A DNA stretch of 64,000 nucleotides from Patescibacteria group bacterium UBA3531. Its GTDB lineage: Bacteria; Patescibacteriota; Minisyncoccia; Phycocordibacterales; UBA3531. Of this stretch, positions 18,317 through 28,296 are shown in pieces. Every line of letters begins with the position of its first letter. Within the stretch, counting starts at the first letter, position 1. The stretch spans positions 143,741 through 207,740 of the forward strand of contig DFOW01000001.1 of the NCBI GenBank assembly GCA_002376885.1. Reading direction: 5' to 3'. Below the pieces are notes generated by a model. It was not told the DNA's origin. It worked only from the letters and a program-made list of their open reading frames with translations, and did no database searches. Made by a program: the position numbers and the translations under genes.

Positions 18317-18352
18317 GACCCCCGCGCATGCGCGGGGGTCTCGTCATTTTTA
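18317..18352 (+). terminator. intrinsic terminator GACCCCCGCGCATGCGCGGGGGTC + T-run
   Basis: 12-bp perfect GC stem followed by tcgtcatttttat. Confidence 0.7.
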
Positions 18353-18485
18353 TACAGTGTGCGCCGGGCAGGATTCGGTCACGAGTTACAAATTCGCTTT
18401 GCTCATAAGTACTCTCGACCCCAGCTCAAAAATAATCTCCCAGATTATTTTTTCCGCTCTTCGAATCCTAATTCCAGTCCAGAAA

Positions 18486-18516
18486 TAAAAAACCCGGCAC
18501 AAGGCCGGGATTTTTG
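18486..18516 (-). terminator. intrinsic terminator after tRNA-Tyr (CCCGGC-loop-GCCGGG flanked by A5/T5)
   Basis: aaaaacccggcacaaggccgggattttt; minus-strand RNA has U-run after stem. Confidence 0.6.
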
Positions 18517-18526
18517 ATCTCTGTGT

Positions 18527-18609
18527 GCGCCGGGCAGGATTCGAACCTGCGTAGGTCTAAGACCGGCGGATTTACAGTCCGCTGCAATTGACCACTCTGC
18601 CACCGACGC
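18527..18609 (-). tRNA. tRNA-Tyr (anticodon GTA), long variable arm
   Basis: Acceptor GCGTCGG/CCGGCGC, anticodon stem GCGGA/TCCGC loop CTGTAAA, T-arm GCAGGTTCGAATCCTGC. Confidence 0.85.
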
Positions 18610-18653
18610 AAAAGCACGAGTAAGTATACACAAAAACTCGTGTCTTTTACAAC

Positions 18654-21335
18654 TTATTTTGAAGCAGTAACTTTTTCTTTTTTAGTTCGCGTGGACGTTC
18701 GTCGTTTCTTTGGAGCTTCAACTTCCATAGAAAGCTCTTTGCCTTTTACATCAAACGTAACTCTTTCTCCATCTTTTACTTTCCCTGTTAAAACAAGCTC
18801 TGCAATAGGATTCAGAATTTTATTTTGAATAACTCGTTTCAATGGACGTGCTCCGTAATGTGGGTCGTACCCCTGCTTTGCCAAGAGCTTCATAGCAAGA
18901 GGACTCACAGAAAGTGTTAAGTTCTTATCTCTCAATCGTTCGCGGACTAAATCGAGTTGGATAGTAACAATGTTGTTAATAACATCTTCAGAAAGCGTTT
19001 CAAAAATGATTATCTCATCAAGACGGTTCAAGAATTCTGGCCTAAAGTGATGCTTGAGACTTTCAAGAATCTTTCCTTTTGCTTTTTTGTATCCTTCTTT
19101 TTCTTTATCGTTTCCAAACCCGATTGCTTCCATTCGGTTTACAAATTCTGATCCAATGTTTGAAGTCAAAATAATTACGGTATTTTTGAAGTTAACGACT
19201 CGCCCCTTTGAGTCAGTAAGTCGTCCACTATCAAGAACCTGAAGGAGTGTGTTAAACACTTCAGGATGCGCTTTTTCTACCTCATCAAAGAGGAGCACCG
19301 AGTACGGACGATGCCTTACAATTTCAGTAAGGTTTCCTCCTTCTTCAAACCCAACATACCCAGGAGGAGGACCAATGAGTTTTGAGACCGCATGTTTTTC
19401 CATGTACTCACTCATATCAATTCGGATAAGTGCTTTGTCATCATTAAACATAAACTGCGCAAGTGTCTTTGCAAGCTCTGTTTTACCAACGCCTGTTGGT
19501 CCCAAAAACATAAATGATCCAATTGGCCGTTCTGGGTCCGCAAGTCCCGCTCGTGATCTTTTAATAGCGTCGCTAATTTTTTTAATAGCATCGTCTTGAC
19601 CAAGCACTCGCTTGTTAAGATCGCGTTCCATTCGTTGCAATTTCTCTCGCTCTTCTTCAAGCATTTTATGTACAGGAATTCCTGTCCACCTAGCCACAAC
19701 GTTTGCTACATCTTCTTCGGTGATTTCTTCTTTCAGCATTCGCCGTGTACTTTGAAGTTTCTTTAAACGATTTTCTTTTCCGGAAAGCGCTTTCTCAAGT
19801 TCTGGGATTTTTCCGTATCTAATTTCTGCTGCTCGTGTTAGATTTGGCTCAAGTTCTGCTTGTTCTGCTTCTACCTTCAAACCTTCTAGTTCTTCTTTAA
19901 TATTTCGGATATCACGAATACTTTCTTTTTCATTTTTCCAACGCAGTTCAAGCTCGTGTGTCTTTTCTTTCAAATTGGCAATCTCTTTATCAATTTTTTT
20001 TGTACGAGCCTTTGCGTCTTTGTCGGTATTAATTTCTTGCTTGAGTGCTTCTTTTTCAACTTCAAGACTCATGATTTGCCTGTGGGTTTCATCCAAAAGA
20101 TCTGGCTTGTTTTCAAGTTGCATACGAAGAGCACTTGCCGCCTCATCAACAAGATCAATTGCCTTGTCCGGTAAAAATCTATCCGTAATGTAGCGAGCAG
20201 AAAGATTTACTGCAGAAACTATTCCGCCATCAGTAATCCGCACACCATGATGTACTTCATATTTCTCTTTTAGGCCTCGCAAAATAGTAATAGCGTCTTC
20301 TGGAGTTGGTTCTTCTACATACACCGGTTGAAAGCGGCGGGTTAATGCCTGATCCTTTTCAATATATTTTTGGTATTCCTTGGTAGTGGTTGCACCAACA
20401 ACACGGAGCTCCCCTCGAGCAAGAGCTGGTTTTAAAATATTTGCTGCATCTACTGCACCTTCTGCAGCGCCCGCTCCAACAAGGGTATGAATCTCATCCA
20501 CAAAAAGAATTACTTCGCCGTCCGCGCGCTCGACTTCTTTCATAATATTCTTCAGGCGTTCCTCAAATTCACCTCGATACTTTGTTCCTGCAATAAGGAA
20601 CCCCATATCAAGTGCATAAATATCTTTACCCTTAAGAGATTCTGGGACATCCCCCTTTGAAACTCGAATAGCGAGTCCTTCTGCAATTGCTGTTTTACCA
20701 ACTCCTGCCTCTCCAATAAGTACTGGATTGTTTTTTGTACGACGAGAAAGAATTTGCATTACTCGTTTAATTTCATCATCGCGCCCAATAACCGGGTCAA
20801 GCTTATCTTGCTTGGCAAGTTGTGTAAGGTTCTTTGTATACTTTTCTAAATTTCTAAATTTCTTTGGAGAGTCGCCCTCTACTACCTGATTGTTTCTTTG
20901 TTCTTCAATAACTCGAAGAACATCGCTTTTATTGATTCGGAATCGCGCAAGGATTTCTTTTGCCTGACTTTGGACTTCAAGAAGCGCCGCAAACAGATGT
21001 TCTGTCGAAATAAAGTCATCTTTCAAGAAGGATGCAACTTTCCCAGCAGCATCAAAAACCTGAACCAAGTCTTGGCTTAGGTAAATTTGATATTGAGGAG
21101 AAACAACAGTATCACCTTGTGCACCTTCGATATTATCAAGAAGATAATCTGTAAGGAGCATGCTATCAATTTCAAGCTTGTCTAAAATCGTCAAAACCAC
21201 TGACTCCTCTTGAAGAAGGAGAGCTGTTAACAAGTGGGTTGGTGTTACCTGATTTTGACCGCGATCAATGGCAAGCTCATGGCTTTTCCTGAGTGCTTCT
21301 TTTGCTTTTGATGTAAAGTTTTGAAATGGTGTCAT
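18654..21335 (-). CDS. clpB: ATP-dependent chaperone ClpB
   Basis: Clp N domain, two AAA+ modules ([16 protein letters not shown]) separated by long coiled-coil M-domain. Confidence 0.9.
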   Translation of the reverse strand: MTPFQNFTSKAKEALRKSHELAIDRGQNQVTPTHLLTALLLQEESVVLTILDKLEIDSMLLTDYLLDNIEGAQGDTVVSPQYQIYLSQDLVQVFDAAGKVASFLKDDFISTEHLFAALLEVQSQAKEILARFRINKSDVLRVIEEQRNNQVVEGDSPKKFRNLEKYTKNLTQLAKQDKLDPVIGRDDEIKRVMQILSRRTKNNPVLIGEAGVGKTAIAEGLAIRVSKGDVPESLKGKDIYALDMGFLIAGTKYRGEFEERLKNIMKEVERADGEVILFVDEIHTLVGAGAAEGAVDAANILKPALARGELRVVGATTTKEYQKYIEKDQALTRRFQPVYVEEPTPEDAITILRGLKEKYEVHHGVRITDGGIVSAVNLSARYITDRFLPDKAIDLVDEAASALRMQLENKPDLLDETHRQIMSLEVEKEALKQEINTDKDAKARTKKIDKEIANLKEKTHELELRWKNEKESIRDIRNIKEELEGLKVEAEQAELEPNLTRAAEIRYGKIPELEKALSGKENRLKKLQSTRRMLKEEITEEDVANVVARWTGIPVHKMLEEEREKLQRMERDLNKRVLGQDDAIKKISDAIKRSRAGLADPERPIGSFMFLGPTGVGKTELAKTLAQFMFNDDKALIRIDMSEYMEKHAVSKLIGPPPGYVGFEEGGNLTEIVRHRPYSVLLFDEVEKAHPEVFNTLLQVLDSGRLTDSKGRVVNFKNTVIILTSNIGSEFVNRMEAIGFGNDKEKEGYKKAKGKILESLKHHFRPEFLNRLDEIIIFETLSEDVINNIVTIQLDLVRERLRDKNLTLSVSPLAMKLLAKQGYDPHYGARPLKRVIQNKILNPIAELVLTGKVKDGERVTFDVKGKELSMEVEAPKKRRTSTRTKKEKVTASK

Positions 21336-21400
21336 GACGTTATATGAGATTACGGGCCCCTCCTCGTTAACGAGTAGGGTGATAGTACACTAGGGTACTC

Positions 21401-22219
21401 TTAGGCGTCAATTTGTGAAGAACTGTCCGCATTTGCTTCCTCTGGGGCGGTGGTTGCGGTAATAAACCGTGCAATGGTTTCTGCTGTTACAAGCTCTCCC
21501 CCTGCCTGTAAAATTCCAATGACATTCTCTTCTACATTTATAACAGGAGCTCCTACGAGATTGTCACTTTCATCAAGGTAGAGCCTGTAATAAGGGTCTC
21601 TTTCTTCATCTTTTACAAGACCTGAAACAAAACTTACTGCTACCGTCCCTGAATTAAGAACAATTGCTGTTTGCCCTACCTGAACATCACTTTTTGCAAG
21701 CGCAAGACTTGGCAAGGTAAGTTTTGGAGTATTGCCGTCTTCATCCTTTTCGAGAGCAAACAATGAGAGCCCGAGTCCTTCGCTTGTTCCTAAATGCTCT
21801 AAGAAGTATTCTCCTCCATCAGAAATAACAAAAAGGTCTTCTTCTGGCGCCCCCATAAAGGATACAAAGAGTCCTTGGTCGTTTATGAAGAATCCTGTAC
21901 TTCTTTCTTTTGGTATGATCTCCCCTTCAACAATTTCTGAAACACTATATGTTCTTACGAGTGCAGGAGACGCTTTCTCTACCGCCGCAACAATCAAGTC
22001 TCCCCCTTTGTCTACTACTACTCGCTCCCTAACAATCGTCTCTTGAGTCGTTGGAATAACCGTCTCAACAGTCCTCTCTACCACCCTATTAATGGTGTTT
22101 GTGACTGAGGGCGGAGCCTGGTCAATCAAGGTCACCGTAAAGATTCCCGTGGCAATTGAGGTCACAAAACTGACCAGAAGAGTAAGCAAAACAAGTTGAT
22201 GATTGTTCAAATTGTTCAT
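21401..22219 (-). CDS. membrane-anchored hypothetical protein with degenerate trypsin/HtrA-like C-terminal region
   Basis: N-terminal TM; GAPVINVEENVIGIL resembles HtrA GxPLxNxxGxVIGI but GNSGG catalytic motif not seen. Confidence 0.35.
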   Translation of the reverse strand: MNNLNNHQLVLLTLLVSFVTSIATGIFTVTLIDQAPPSVTNTINRVVERTVETVIPTTQETIVRERVVVDKGGDLIVAAVEKASPALVRTYSVSEIVEGEIIPKERSTGFFINDQGLFVSFMGAPEEDLFVISDGGEYFLEHLGTSEGLGLSLFALEKDEDGNTPKLTLPSLALAKSDVQVGQTAIVLNSGTVAVSFVSGLVKDEERDPYYRLYLDESDNLVGAPVINVEENVIGILQAGGELVTAETIARFITATTAPEEANADSSSQIDA

Positions 22220-22244
22220 TAGCGCTATCGTAGCATAAATAAGG

Positions 22245-23414
22245 CTATTTTTCTAGTGTGGAAAGCACTTTTACTACGTAATCGATATCGGCTTTTTTGG
22301 TCTCTCTCCCGAGACTAAAACGGACGGAACTCATCGCCTCTTTTGGATTCCTTCCAAGAGACGCAATAACGTGAGATGGATCACCACCGCCGTTACTACA
22401 AGCACTTGAGGTGGTTGTATAGACACCATGTCCTTCAAGGAATATCACAATGCGCTCGCCATCGTGGCCATAAAATAAAACATTTACAATCCCTGGAACA
22501 GAATTCTCTGGGTCTCCGTTAATTTCAATATCAAATATTTGTTTTTGTAACGAATCAATAAAATAGTGTTTTAATTTTTCCAGGTGCTCATTGTCTTTTG
22601 TACGCTGTGTATGAGAGATGGTGAGTGCCTCTGCCATTCCAACAATGCCGGGGACGTTTTCTGTCCCTGGCCGCAAAACATTTTCTTGTCCTCCACCCCA
22701 CATAAGAGGCAGGAGTGGAACATCCTCTTTTTTGTACAAAACTCCCACACTTTTAGGACCATATATTTTTGCTCCATCGAGTGTCATTAAATCAATACCA
22801 AGTGCTGCAACGACTGTTGAAAGGTATCGCGGTGCTTGAGAGGCGTCGGTGTGAAAGTACGGATACACTGATGCATTTTTTGTTCTGTGTTCTTTAATGA
22901 TATTTCCAATTTCTCTAACTGGTTGGGTGGTTCCTATCTCATTATTTACCATCATTACTGACACAAGTACCGTATTTTTGGTAAGTGCTTTTTTAAGGGC
23001 ATCAATATTCACTACCCCAGCTTCGGTAACAGGAATACTTGTAACCAAACACCCTTCTCGTTCAAGTTCTTTAGGAAGCTCCCGAACCGACGAATGCTCG
23101 AATTCCGTTGTAATAACATGAGGGTTTTTAACCTTTCCCTCTTTTTTAATGGCACGAACCACTCCCAAAAGAGCCATATTGTTTGCCTCGGTTCCGCCAC
23201 TTGTAAAAATGATTCCTTTTGACCTGATACCAAGCACGCCCGCAATTTCTTTCCTGGCCTCCTCAACAGACTCTTTTGCCTCTTTACCCATTGCGTGTAT
23301 TGAGTGCGGATTTCCAAAAGTATCACTAAAAAAAGGCCGCATTCTCTTCATAACGCGGGGGTCTACAGGGGTTGCTGCAGCGTAATCTAGGTAGACGTTC
23401 CTTCTTTTTTTCAT
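22245..23414 (-). CDS. cysteine desulfurase (NifS/IscS family, class V aminotransferase)
   Basis: YLDYAAATP...IIFTSGGTEANN...SACSNG motifs. Confidence 0.85.
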   Translation of the reverse strand: MKKRRNVYLDYAAATPVDPRVMKRMRPFFSDTFGNPHSIHAMGKEAKESVEEARKEIAGVLGIRSKGIIFTSGGTEANNMALLGVVRAIKKEGKVKNPHVITTEFEHSSVRELPKELEREGCLVTSIPVTEAGVVNIDALKKALTKNTVLVSVMMVNNEIGTTQPVREIGNIIKEHRTKNASVYPYFHTDASQAPRYLSTVVAALGIDLMTLDGAKIYGPKSVGVLYKKEDVPLLPLMWGGGQENVLRPGTENVPGIVGMAEALTISHTQRTKDNEHLEKLKHYFIDSLQKQIFDIEINGDPENSVPGIVNVLFYGHDGERIVIFLEGHGVYTTTSSACSNGGGDPSHVIASLGRNPKEAMSSVRFSLGRETKKADIDYVVKVLSTLEK

Positions 23415-23480
23415 ACCGAGCTATTCTATACAAACACTCTCATTTTGCAAAAGGATTACTTTTGCCTATAATTTAAAACC

Positions 23481-23936
23481 ATGACGATTGATCTACTCGC
23501 TCTCTCATACAGTATAACCTTCTTGGTGATTGTTTTGCTCATTTGGGTAGCAGTTCTTGAGATGCGTCTTAAAAAATTCTTGCGTGGAAATGATGGAAAA
23601 AGTTTAGAAGGACTCATTACACGAGTAAAAAACCGAGAAGAGGAACTCACCCACGGACTCACAGAACTCACCAAAGCCCTTAAACGGCTCGAGAAGACCA
23701 ATCAGAAGGACTTAAATAAAGTGGGAGTCGTTAAATTTAATGCATTTACTGAAACCGGAGGAGAACAAAGCTTTGCTGTTGCCATCCTAGACAGAGAGGG
23801 TACCGGTGTGTTACTTTCAAACCTCTACACACGAGAGCGCACCAGCGTCTATGCAAAAGAGATTACCCGCTGGAGCACTACGGTTAAGCTTCTCCCTGAG
23901 GAGCGACAAGCAATTGAGCTTGCAAAACAACAATAA
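23481..23936 (+). CDS. hypothetical membrane-anchored protein
   Basis: 151 aa, N-terminal TM LVIVLLIWVAVL then coiled-coil; family not recognised. Confidence 0.4.
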   Translation: MTIDLLALSYSITFLVIVLLIWVAVLEMRLKKFLRGNDGKSLEGLITRVKNREEELTHGLTELTKALKRLEKTNQKDLNKVGVVKFNAFTETGGEQSFAVAILDREGTGVLLSNLYTRERTSVYAKEITRWSTTVKLLPEERQAIELAKQQ

Positions 23937-23970
23937 TGAACCTGAATTTATTTAATTACAAACAATTACC

Positions 23971-25479
23971 ATGGCAGAAAAACGCGAACAAAAAGAAAGA
24001 CCGCCTATTGTTGCCATCATGGGACACATTGACCATGGTAAATCTACCCTGCTTGATTACATCAGAGAATCAAACGTAGTAGAGGGAGAGGCTGGAGGAA
24101 TCACTCAGCACGTAAACGCCTACGAAATCACTCATAAAAATAAAGAAGGAGAGCGTCGAATTACCTTTATCGACACTCCCGGACACGAGGCATTTACTGG
24201 TTCTCGAAAAACAGGAGCCCGCATTGCTGACATTGCTCTTTTAATTGTTTCTGCAGAAGAGGGAGTAAAGGAGCAAACAAAGGAATCTCTTAAAATGATT
24301 ACCGAGGCAAAAGCTCCCTACATTGTAGTCATTAATAAAATTGATAAACCAAACGCAAATCCCGACAAAGCAAAGCAAGACTTAGCAGAAATCGATGTAT
24401 TTGTTGAGGGCTATGGAGGACATATTCCTTGTGCGCTTGTGTCGTCAAAAACAGGAGAAGGAATTGATGACCTTCTTGATGTCATTCTTTTGTCTGCAGA
24501 CTTGGAGGAGCTGAAAGGAACACCTGATGTGCCCGCAACGGGATTTGTTCTTGAGTCACACGTTGATAAAAAAGTGGGTGTGACTGGAACACTCATTATT
24601 AAAGATGGAACCCTTAAAACAGGAATGTTTTTATGTATCGATGGGATTGTTTCAAAAATAAAACGACTCGAAGACTTTACCGGAAAACAAATTAAAGAAG
24701 CATCATTTTCAAGTCCTATTCGAATTGCCGGCCTTTCAGAGGTTCCTCCTGCTGACACTCCATTTGAATCATTTGAAAATAAAAAAGACGCAGAAGAACA
24801 TGCAAAAGTCTTTGCACAAGAAAAACACAGAGCCCCCGACAAAGAAGTAAACGGCGACGAAGACGCTCGCCTTATGATCCCTCTTGTTATAAAAGCAGAT
24901 GTATTGGGAACACTTGAAGCCATTGAGAAAGAAGTGAATAAATTAGACATTCCAGAAGACCGAGCGTATATAAAAATTCTTGCAAAAGGAATCGGAGATG
25001 TGAGCGAAAACGATCTTAAAGTAGCAGCGAGTGCACAAGATCCCATTGTGATTGGGTTTAACGTTAAGGTAGACAAAGCGGCTAAAGATTTTGCAGATAA
25101 TGCAGGGATCACTCCCCAACTCTTCTCTATTATTTATAAGATTAATGAATATCTTCAGCCCGAAATCACTAATCGCATCCCTAAAATAAAAGTTGAGGAA
25201 GTTGCTGGTTCTGCAAAAATCATCAAGCTCTTTAGCCAGGTAAAAAATAAACAGCTCGTGGGGATGAAAGTAAACGACGGTACTATCGCGCTCGCTAAAC
25301 CAATTCGAGTGATACGAAACGACGCTGAAGTTGGACGAGCACGCGCTCACGAAATGCAAATTCAAAACATAAAAATCACCGAGGGAAATAAAGGAGATCA
25401 AATTGGTGCCCAAGTAGAATCAAAACTGACGCTTGCTCTTGGAGATGTTTTGGAATTCGTAGATGAAGTTGAAAAATAA
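23971..25479 (+). CDS. infB: translation initiation factor IF-2 (short N-terminus)
   Basis: G-domain IVAIMGHIDHGKSTLLD...DTPGHEAF...NKID, IF-2 C-terminal beta-barrels. Confidence 0.9.
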   Translation: MAEKREQKERPPIVAIMGHIDHGKSTLLDYIRESNVVEGEAGGITQHVNAYEITHKNKEGERRITFIDTPGHEAFTGSRKTGARIADIALLIVSAEEGVKEQTKESLKMITEAKAPYIVVINKIDKPNANPDKAKQDLAEIDVFVEGYGGHIPCALVSSKTGEGIDDLLDVILLSADLEELKGTPDVPATGFVLESHVDKKVGVTGTLIIKDGTLKTGMFLCIDGIVSKIKRLEDFTGKQIKEASFSSPIRIAGLSEVPPADTPFESFENKKDAEEHAKVFAQEKHRAPDKEVNGDEDARLMIPLVIKADVLGTLEAIEKEVNKLDIPEDRAYIKILAKGIGDVSENDLKVAASAQDPIVIGFNVKVDKAAKDFADNAGITPQLFSIIYKINEYLQPEITNRIPKIKVEEVAGSAKIIKLFSQVKNKQLVGMKVNDGTIALAKPIRVIRNDAEVGRARAHEMQIQNIKITEGNKGDQIGAQVESKLTLALGDVLEFVDEVEK

Positions 25480-25480
25480 T

Positions 25481-25816
25481 ATGGAATTTACTCGCAAAGA
25501 CAGAGTGCTTTCTACGCTAAAAAAAGTAGTGGCCGACTTTTTAAAAGAAGAAGCTGGTCCATCGCTTTTAATTACGGTTACTAATATTTCTATCTCGAAA
25601 GACTACAAATACTGTACGGTGTATGTCTCAGTCTTTCCAGAAAAAGAAGAAAGGGGTGTTTTAGAAAACCTTGAAAAAAGGAAGAAAGACCTGCGGAATT
25701 TTGTTAAAATACATACGCGTCTTAAGCGTCTTCCCTTCTTTGACGTTAAGGTAGACAAAGGAGAGAAGAGTCGTCAAAAAATTGACGCAATCGCACAAAA
25801 CGATAAGCTAGAATAA
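25481..25816 (+). CDS. rbfA: ribosome-binding factor A
   Basis: Immediately after infB (classic infB-rbfA order); MEFTRKDRVLSTLKK...KH fold-like; start at internal ATG. Confidence 0.75.
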   Translation: MEFTRKDRVLSTLKKVVADFLKEEAGPSLLITVTNISISKDYKYCTVYVSVFPEKEERGVLENLEKRKKDLRNFVKIHTRLKRLPFFDVKVDKGEKSRQKIDAIAQNDKLE

Positions 25817-25883
25817 CTCTTGGACCAGCAAACTAATAATTTCACAATACTACAAGGGAACTCAAACCCTTGTAATTATTTTT

Positions 25884-26630
25884 ATGCAGTATATAATATT
25901 ATCACCTTGTATGGGTATAAAATATTTAATAGACGAGCAATACTTTGAGAGCTGGTCCCCTGAAATGGCATACATTCTTGGATTTTTATATGCAGACGGA
26001 AGTTTGGAAAACGCTCCTAAACTGCGAGGAAAATATGTCAGAGCAACAAGCACCGATCTTGAAGTAATAAAACATATAAAAAAATCTTTACGTTCTGAAC
26101 ACAGAATAATCATAATACCCTCTTTTAGAAAGAGAAAAGAGAGATACTTGTTCAGAGCTGGAAGCCATGTTCTTTTTGATTCATTGACACAACATGGCCT
26201 TTTTCCAAATAAGTCTTTATCAATGAAGTTCCCCAAAAACATCCCTTCAAACTACCTAAGTCATTTTATAAGGGGATATTTTGATGGTGATGGATGTGTT
26301 CACTTGTCACAGGCCCGCAACCGAGAAGGTGCTCTACTGGTTAAAAGATTGGGCGTTGTCTTTACAAGCGGAAGTGAGTTATTTTTAAAAGAATTAGAAC
26401 GAGAAATCAGAAATGTCTTAAATATCAAAAAAAGAAATATCTATAAGAGTCGTCGTTCATTCCAGTTACGATATAGCACGACTGACAGTATAGAACTATT
26501 TACATTGATATATGCAAATACAAAAAATTTATTTTATTTAGGTAGAAAAAAAGAGATTTTCCTTCGATATTTTAAGTTGCGACCTCAGAGAATTAATACT
26601 AATATTGGTAAAATGTTAAAAAATATGTAA
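25884..26630 (+). CDS. free-standing LAGLIDADG homing endonuclease (two LAGLIDADG motifs)
   Basis: LGFLYADGS and IRGYFDGDGCV motifs about 100 aa apart; basic C-terminus. Confidence 0.75.
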   Translation: MQYIILSPCMGIKYLIDEQYFESWSPEMAYILGFLYADGSLENAPKLRGKYVRATSTDLEVIKHIKKSLRSEHRIIIIPSFRKRKERYLFRAGSHVLFDSLTQHGLFPNKSLSMKFPKNIPSNYLSHFIRGYFDGDGCVHLSQARNREGALLVKRLGVVFTSGSELFLKELEREIRNVLNIKKRNIYKSRRSFQLRYSTTDSIELFTLIYANTKNLFYLGRKKEIFLRYFKLRPQRINTNIGKMLKNM

Positions 26631-26635
26631 CCATG

Positions 26636-26709
26636 GCCCAGTGGCGAAGTTGGTTAACGCGACGGTCTGCAAAACCGTTATGCACCGGTTCGAATCCGGT
26701 CTGGGCCTT
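26636..26709 (+). tRNA. tRNA-Cys (anticodon GCA)
   Basis: Acceptor GGCCCAG/CTGGGCC, anticodon loop CTGCAAA, T-arm ACCGGTTCGAATCCGGT. Confidence 0.8.
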
Positions 26710-26726
26710 ACGCAGCTATAGTCATG

Positions 26727-26808
26727 GGCTAGTGGCGGAACCGGTATACGCGCAACACTTAAAATGTTGTCCCGATTCGGGATGTGGGTTCGAGTCCCAC
26801 CTAGCCCA
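26727..26808 (+). tRNA. tRNA-Leu (anticodon TAA)
   Basis: Acceptor GGGCTAG/CTAGCCC, anticodon stem CAACA/TGTTG loop CTTAAAA, long variable arm, T-arm GTGGGTTCGAGTCCCAC. Confidence 0.85.
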
Positions 26809-26835
26809 CAAGAAGAAATTTCAAATAATATTAAA

Positions 26836-26848
26836 TAACCGCCCATAG
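26836..26848. repeat. 13-bp duplicate of the tRNA-Lys 5' end (taaccgcccatag)
   Basis: Exact copy of 26916-26928, about 80 bp upstream of the tRNA. Confidence 0.6.
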
Positions 26849-26918
26849 TTGATAGAGATTGAAAGCGTGGGACGCTTTAAATGCGATAAACGGTAAGGTA
26901 ATATAGGAAAAAATTTAA

Positions 26919-26991
26919 CCGCCCATAGCTCAGCTGGTAGAGCAGACGGCTCTTAACCGTAAGGTCCTAGGTTCGAATCCTAGTGGGCGGA
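26919..26991 (+). tRNA. tRNA-Lys (anticodon CTT)
   Basis: Acceptor CCGCCCA/TGGGCGG, D-arm GCTCAGCTGGTAGAGC, anticodon loop CTCTTAA, T-arm CTAGGTTCGAATCCTAG. Confidence 0.75.
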
Positions 26992-27010
26992 CAAGCAATA
27001 AAATTGCTTT

Positions 27011-27093
27011 GGGCGAGTGGCGGAATTGGTAGACGCGCTGGTCTTAGGAACCAGTCTGCTTTGCAGGTGGAGGTTCGAGTCCTCTCTCGCCCA
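27011..27093 (+). tRNA. tRNA-Leu (anticodon TAG)
   Basis: Acceptor GGGCGAG/CTCGCCC, anticodon stem CTGGT/ACCAG loop CTTAGGA, long variable arm. Confidence 0.85.
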
Positions 27094-27101
27094 CAAGAAA
27101 A

Positions 27102-27136
27102 ACACCACACGGCTTACGGCTTTGCGGTGTTTTTGT
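27102..27136 (+). terminator. imperfect hairpin + TTTTTG after tRNA cluster
   Basis: caccacacggcttacggctttgcggtgtttttg. Confidence 0.45.
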
Positions 27137-27149
27137 TATCATTTTTTGT

Positions 27150-28133
27150 ATGGTTATAGAAGCACTCTTTTGGAGCGTTGTTTTTATTGTGGCACTTTAC
27201 GTCCTCGTAAAAGGATCTGATTATTTTATTCACCAAGCAGAGATTATTGGTGTCTCGTTTAAGCTTTCGCCTTTTGTTATTGGAATTTTGATTATTGGAA
27301 TCGGAACTTCTCTGCCAGAACTCACTACTGCAATCGTTGCTGTCATAAAAGGCACTACCGAGATTGTGACCGCAAATGCCGTCGGTTCAAATATTGCCAA
27401 TACTTTATTTATTTTAGGACTCGCAGCTATCATTACGCGCAACTTAACGGTTCAAAAAAACTTAATTTATTTAGATCTCCCACTTCTTACTGCCGTAACT
27501 CTTTTATTCCTTGGTGTTGCTGTTGATGGAAATATTATTCTTGATAACTCTATTCCCAGTATCGTCACACGGCCTGAAGCAATCTTTTTGATACTTACCT
27601 ATTTTGTCTATCTGGGTTATTCGCTTTTTTATAAAGACGATTATACAAAAAAAATTGATGATCTTTTAAATGGCCGAGAAGATCATTCCGACTGGAGGAA
27701 TTGGCTTCTTATGTTGTTTGGGCTTGCAGGTGTCATTATTGGCGCAAAGTATGTTGTTGATGCAACACTCGAGCTCTCTGTTATTTTTGGAATTGGAGTA
27801 AGTGTCATCTCTTTGTTTGCTATTGCGCTTGGAACGTCCTTGCCCGAGCTTTTTGTTTCTGTTCGCGCTATTCGAATTGGAAAACCAGAGATTGCTATCG
27901 GGAATATTTTTGGTTCCAATATGTTTAACTTGCTCCTCTTAATTGGAATCCCTGGACTCTTTACAAACCTTGTAATTGACCCTGTGACGCTCACCATTGG
28001 ATTGCCATTTTTGGCAGTAGCAACAGTCCTCTTTGTGGTCTCTGGAATCAGCAATAAGGTCCACTTTTGGGATGGGGCCATGTTTGTGCTCATGTATGCC
28101 CTTTTTGTGGCTAAACTGCTGGGTTTTTTCTAG
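27150..28133 (+). CDS. Ca2+/Na+ antiporter (CaCA family, YrbG-like)
   Basis: Two Na_Ca_ex repeats: GTSLPELTTAIVAV and GTSLPELFVSVRAIRIG...GNIFGSN. Confidence 0.8.
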   Translation: MVIEALFWSVVFIVALYVLVKGSDYFIHQAEIIGVSFKLSPFVIGILIIGIGTSLPELTTAIVAVIKGTTEIVTANAVGSNIANTLFILGLAAIITRNLTVQKNLIYLDLPLLTAVTLLFLGVAVDGNIILDNSIPSIVTRPEAIFLILTYFVYLGYSLFYKDDYTKKIDDLLNGREDHSDWRNWLLMLFGLAGVIIGAKYVVDATLELSVIFGIGVSVISLFAIALGTSLPELFVSVRAIRIGKPEIAIGNIFGSNMFNLLLLIGIPGLFTNLVIDPVTLTIGLPFLAVATVLFVVSGISNKVHFWDGAMFVLMYALFVAKLLGFF

Positions 28134-28163
28134 ATCCCCCTCCCTTGCGCGTCCCATTTTTAT

Positions 28164-28192
28164 ACTTGACAAAAGCACGATTTTATGCTAAT
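28164..28192 (+). promoter_or_regulatory. promoter cTTGACAaaag-17-TAATTT for cassette D
   Basis: TTGACA 28164-28169; AT-rich -10; AAAGAGG RBS before ATG at 28297. Confidence 0.4.
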
Positions 28193-28296
28193 TTTGATGC
28201 AGGTTAGATAGCACCGCGGTGGTGCACCAGACTGTACGTCGCAGTGCGACAGTTCATCGTCAACTCACTTTCTAGCGAAGAAAAGAGGTAATATTC

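Noticed and set aside
24411-25413. Minus-strand ORFs inside infB (24411..25112, 24943..25413)
   Set aside because: Antisense shadows of a confidently identified gene.
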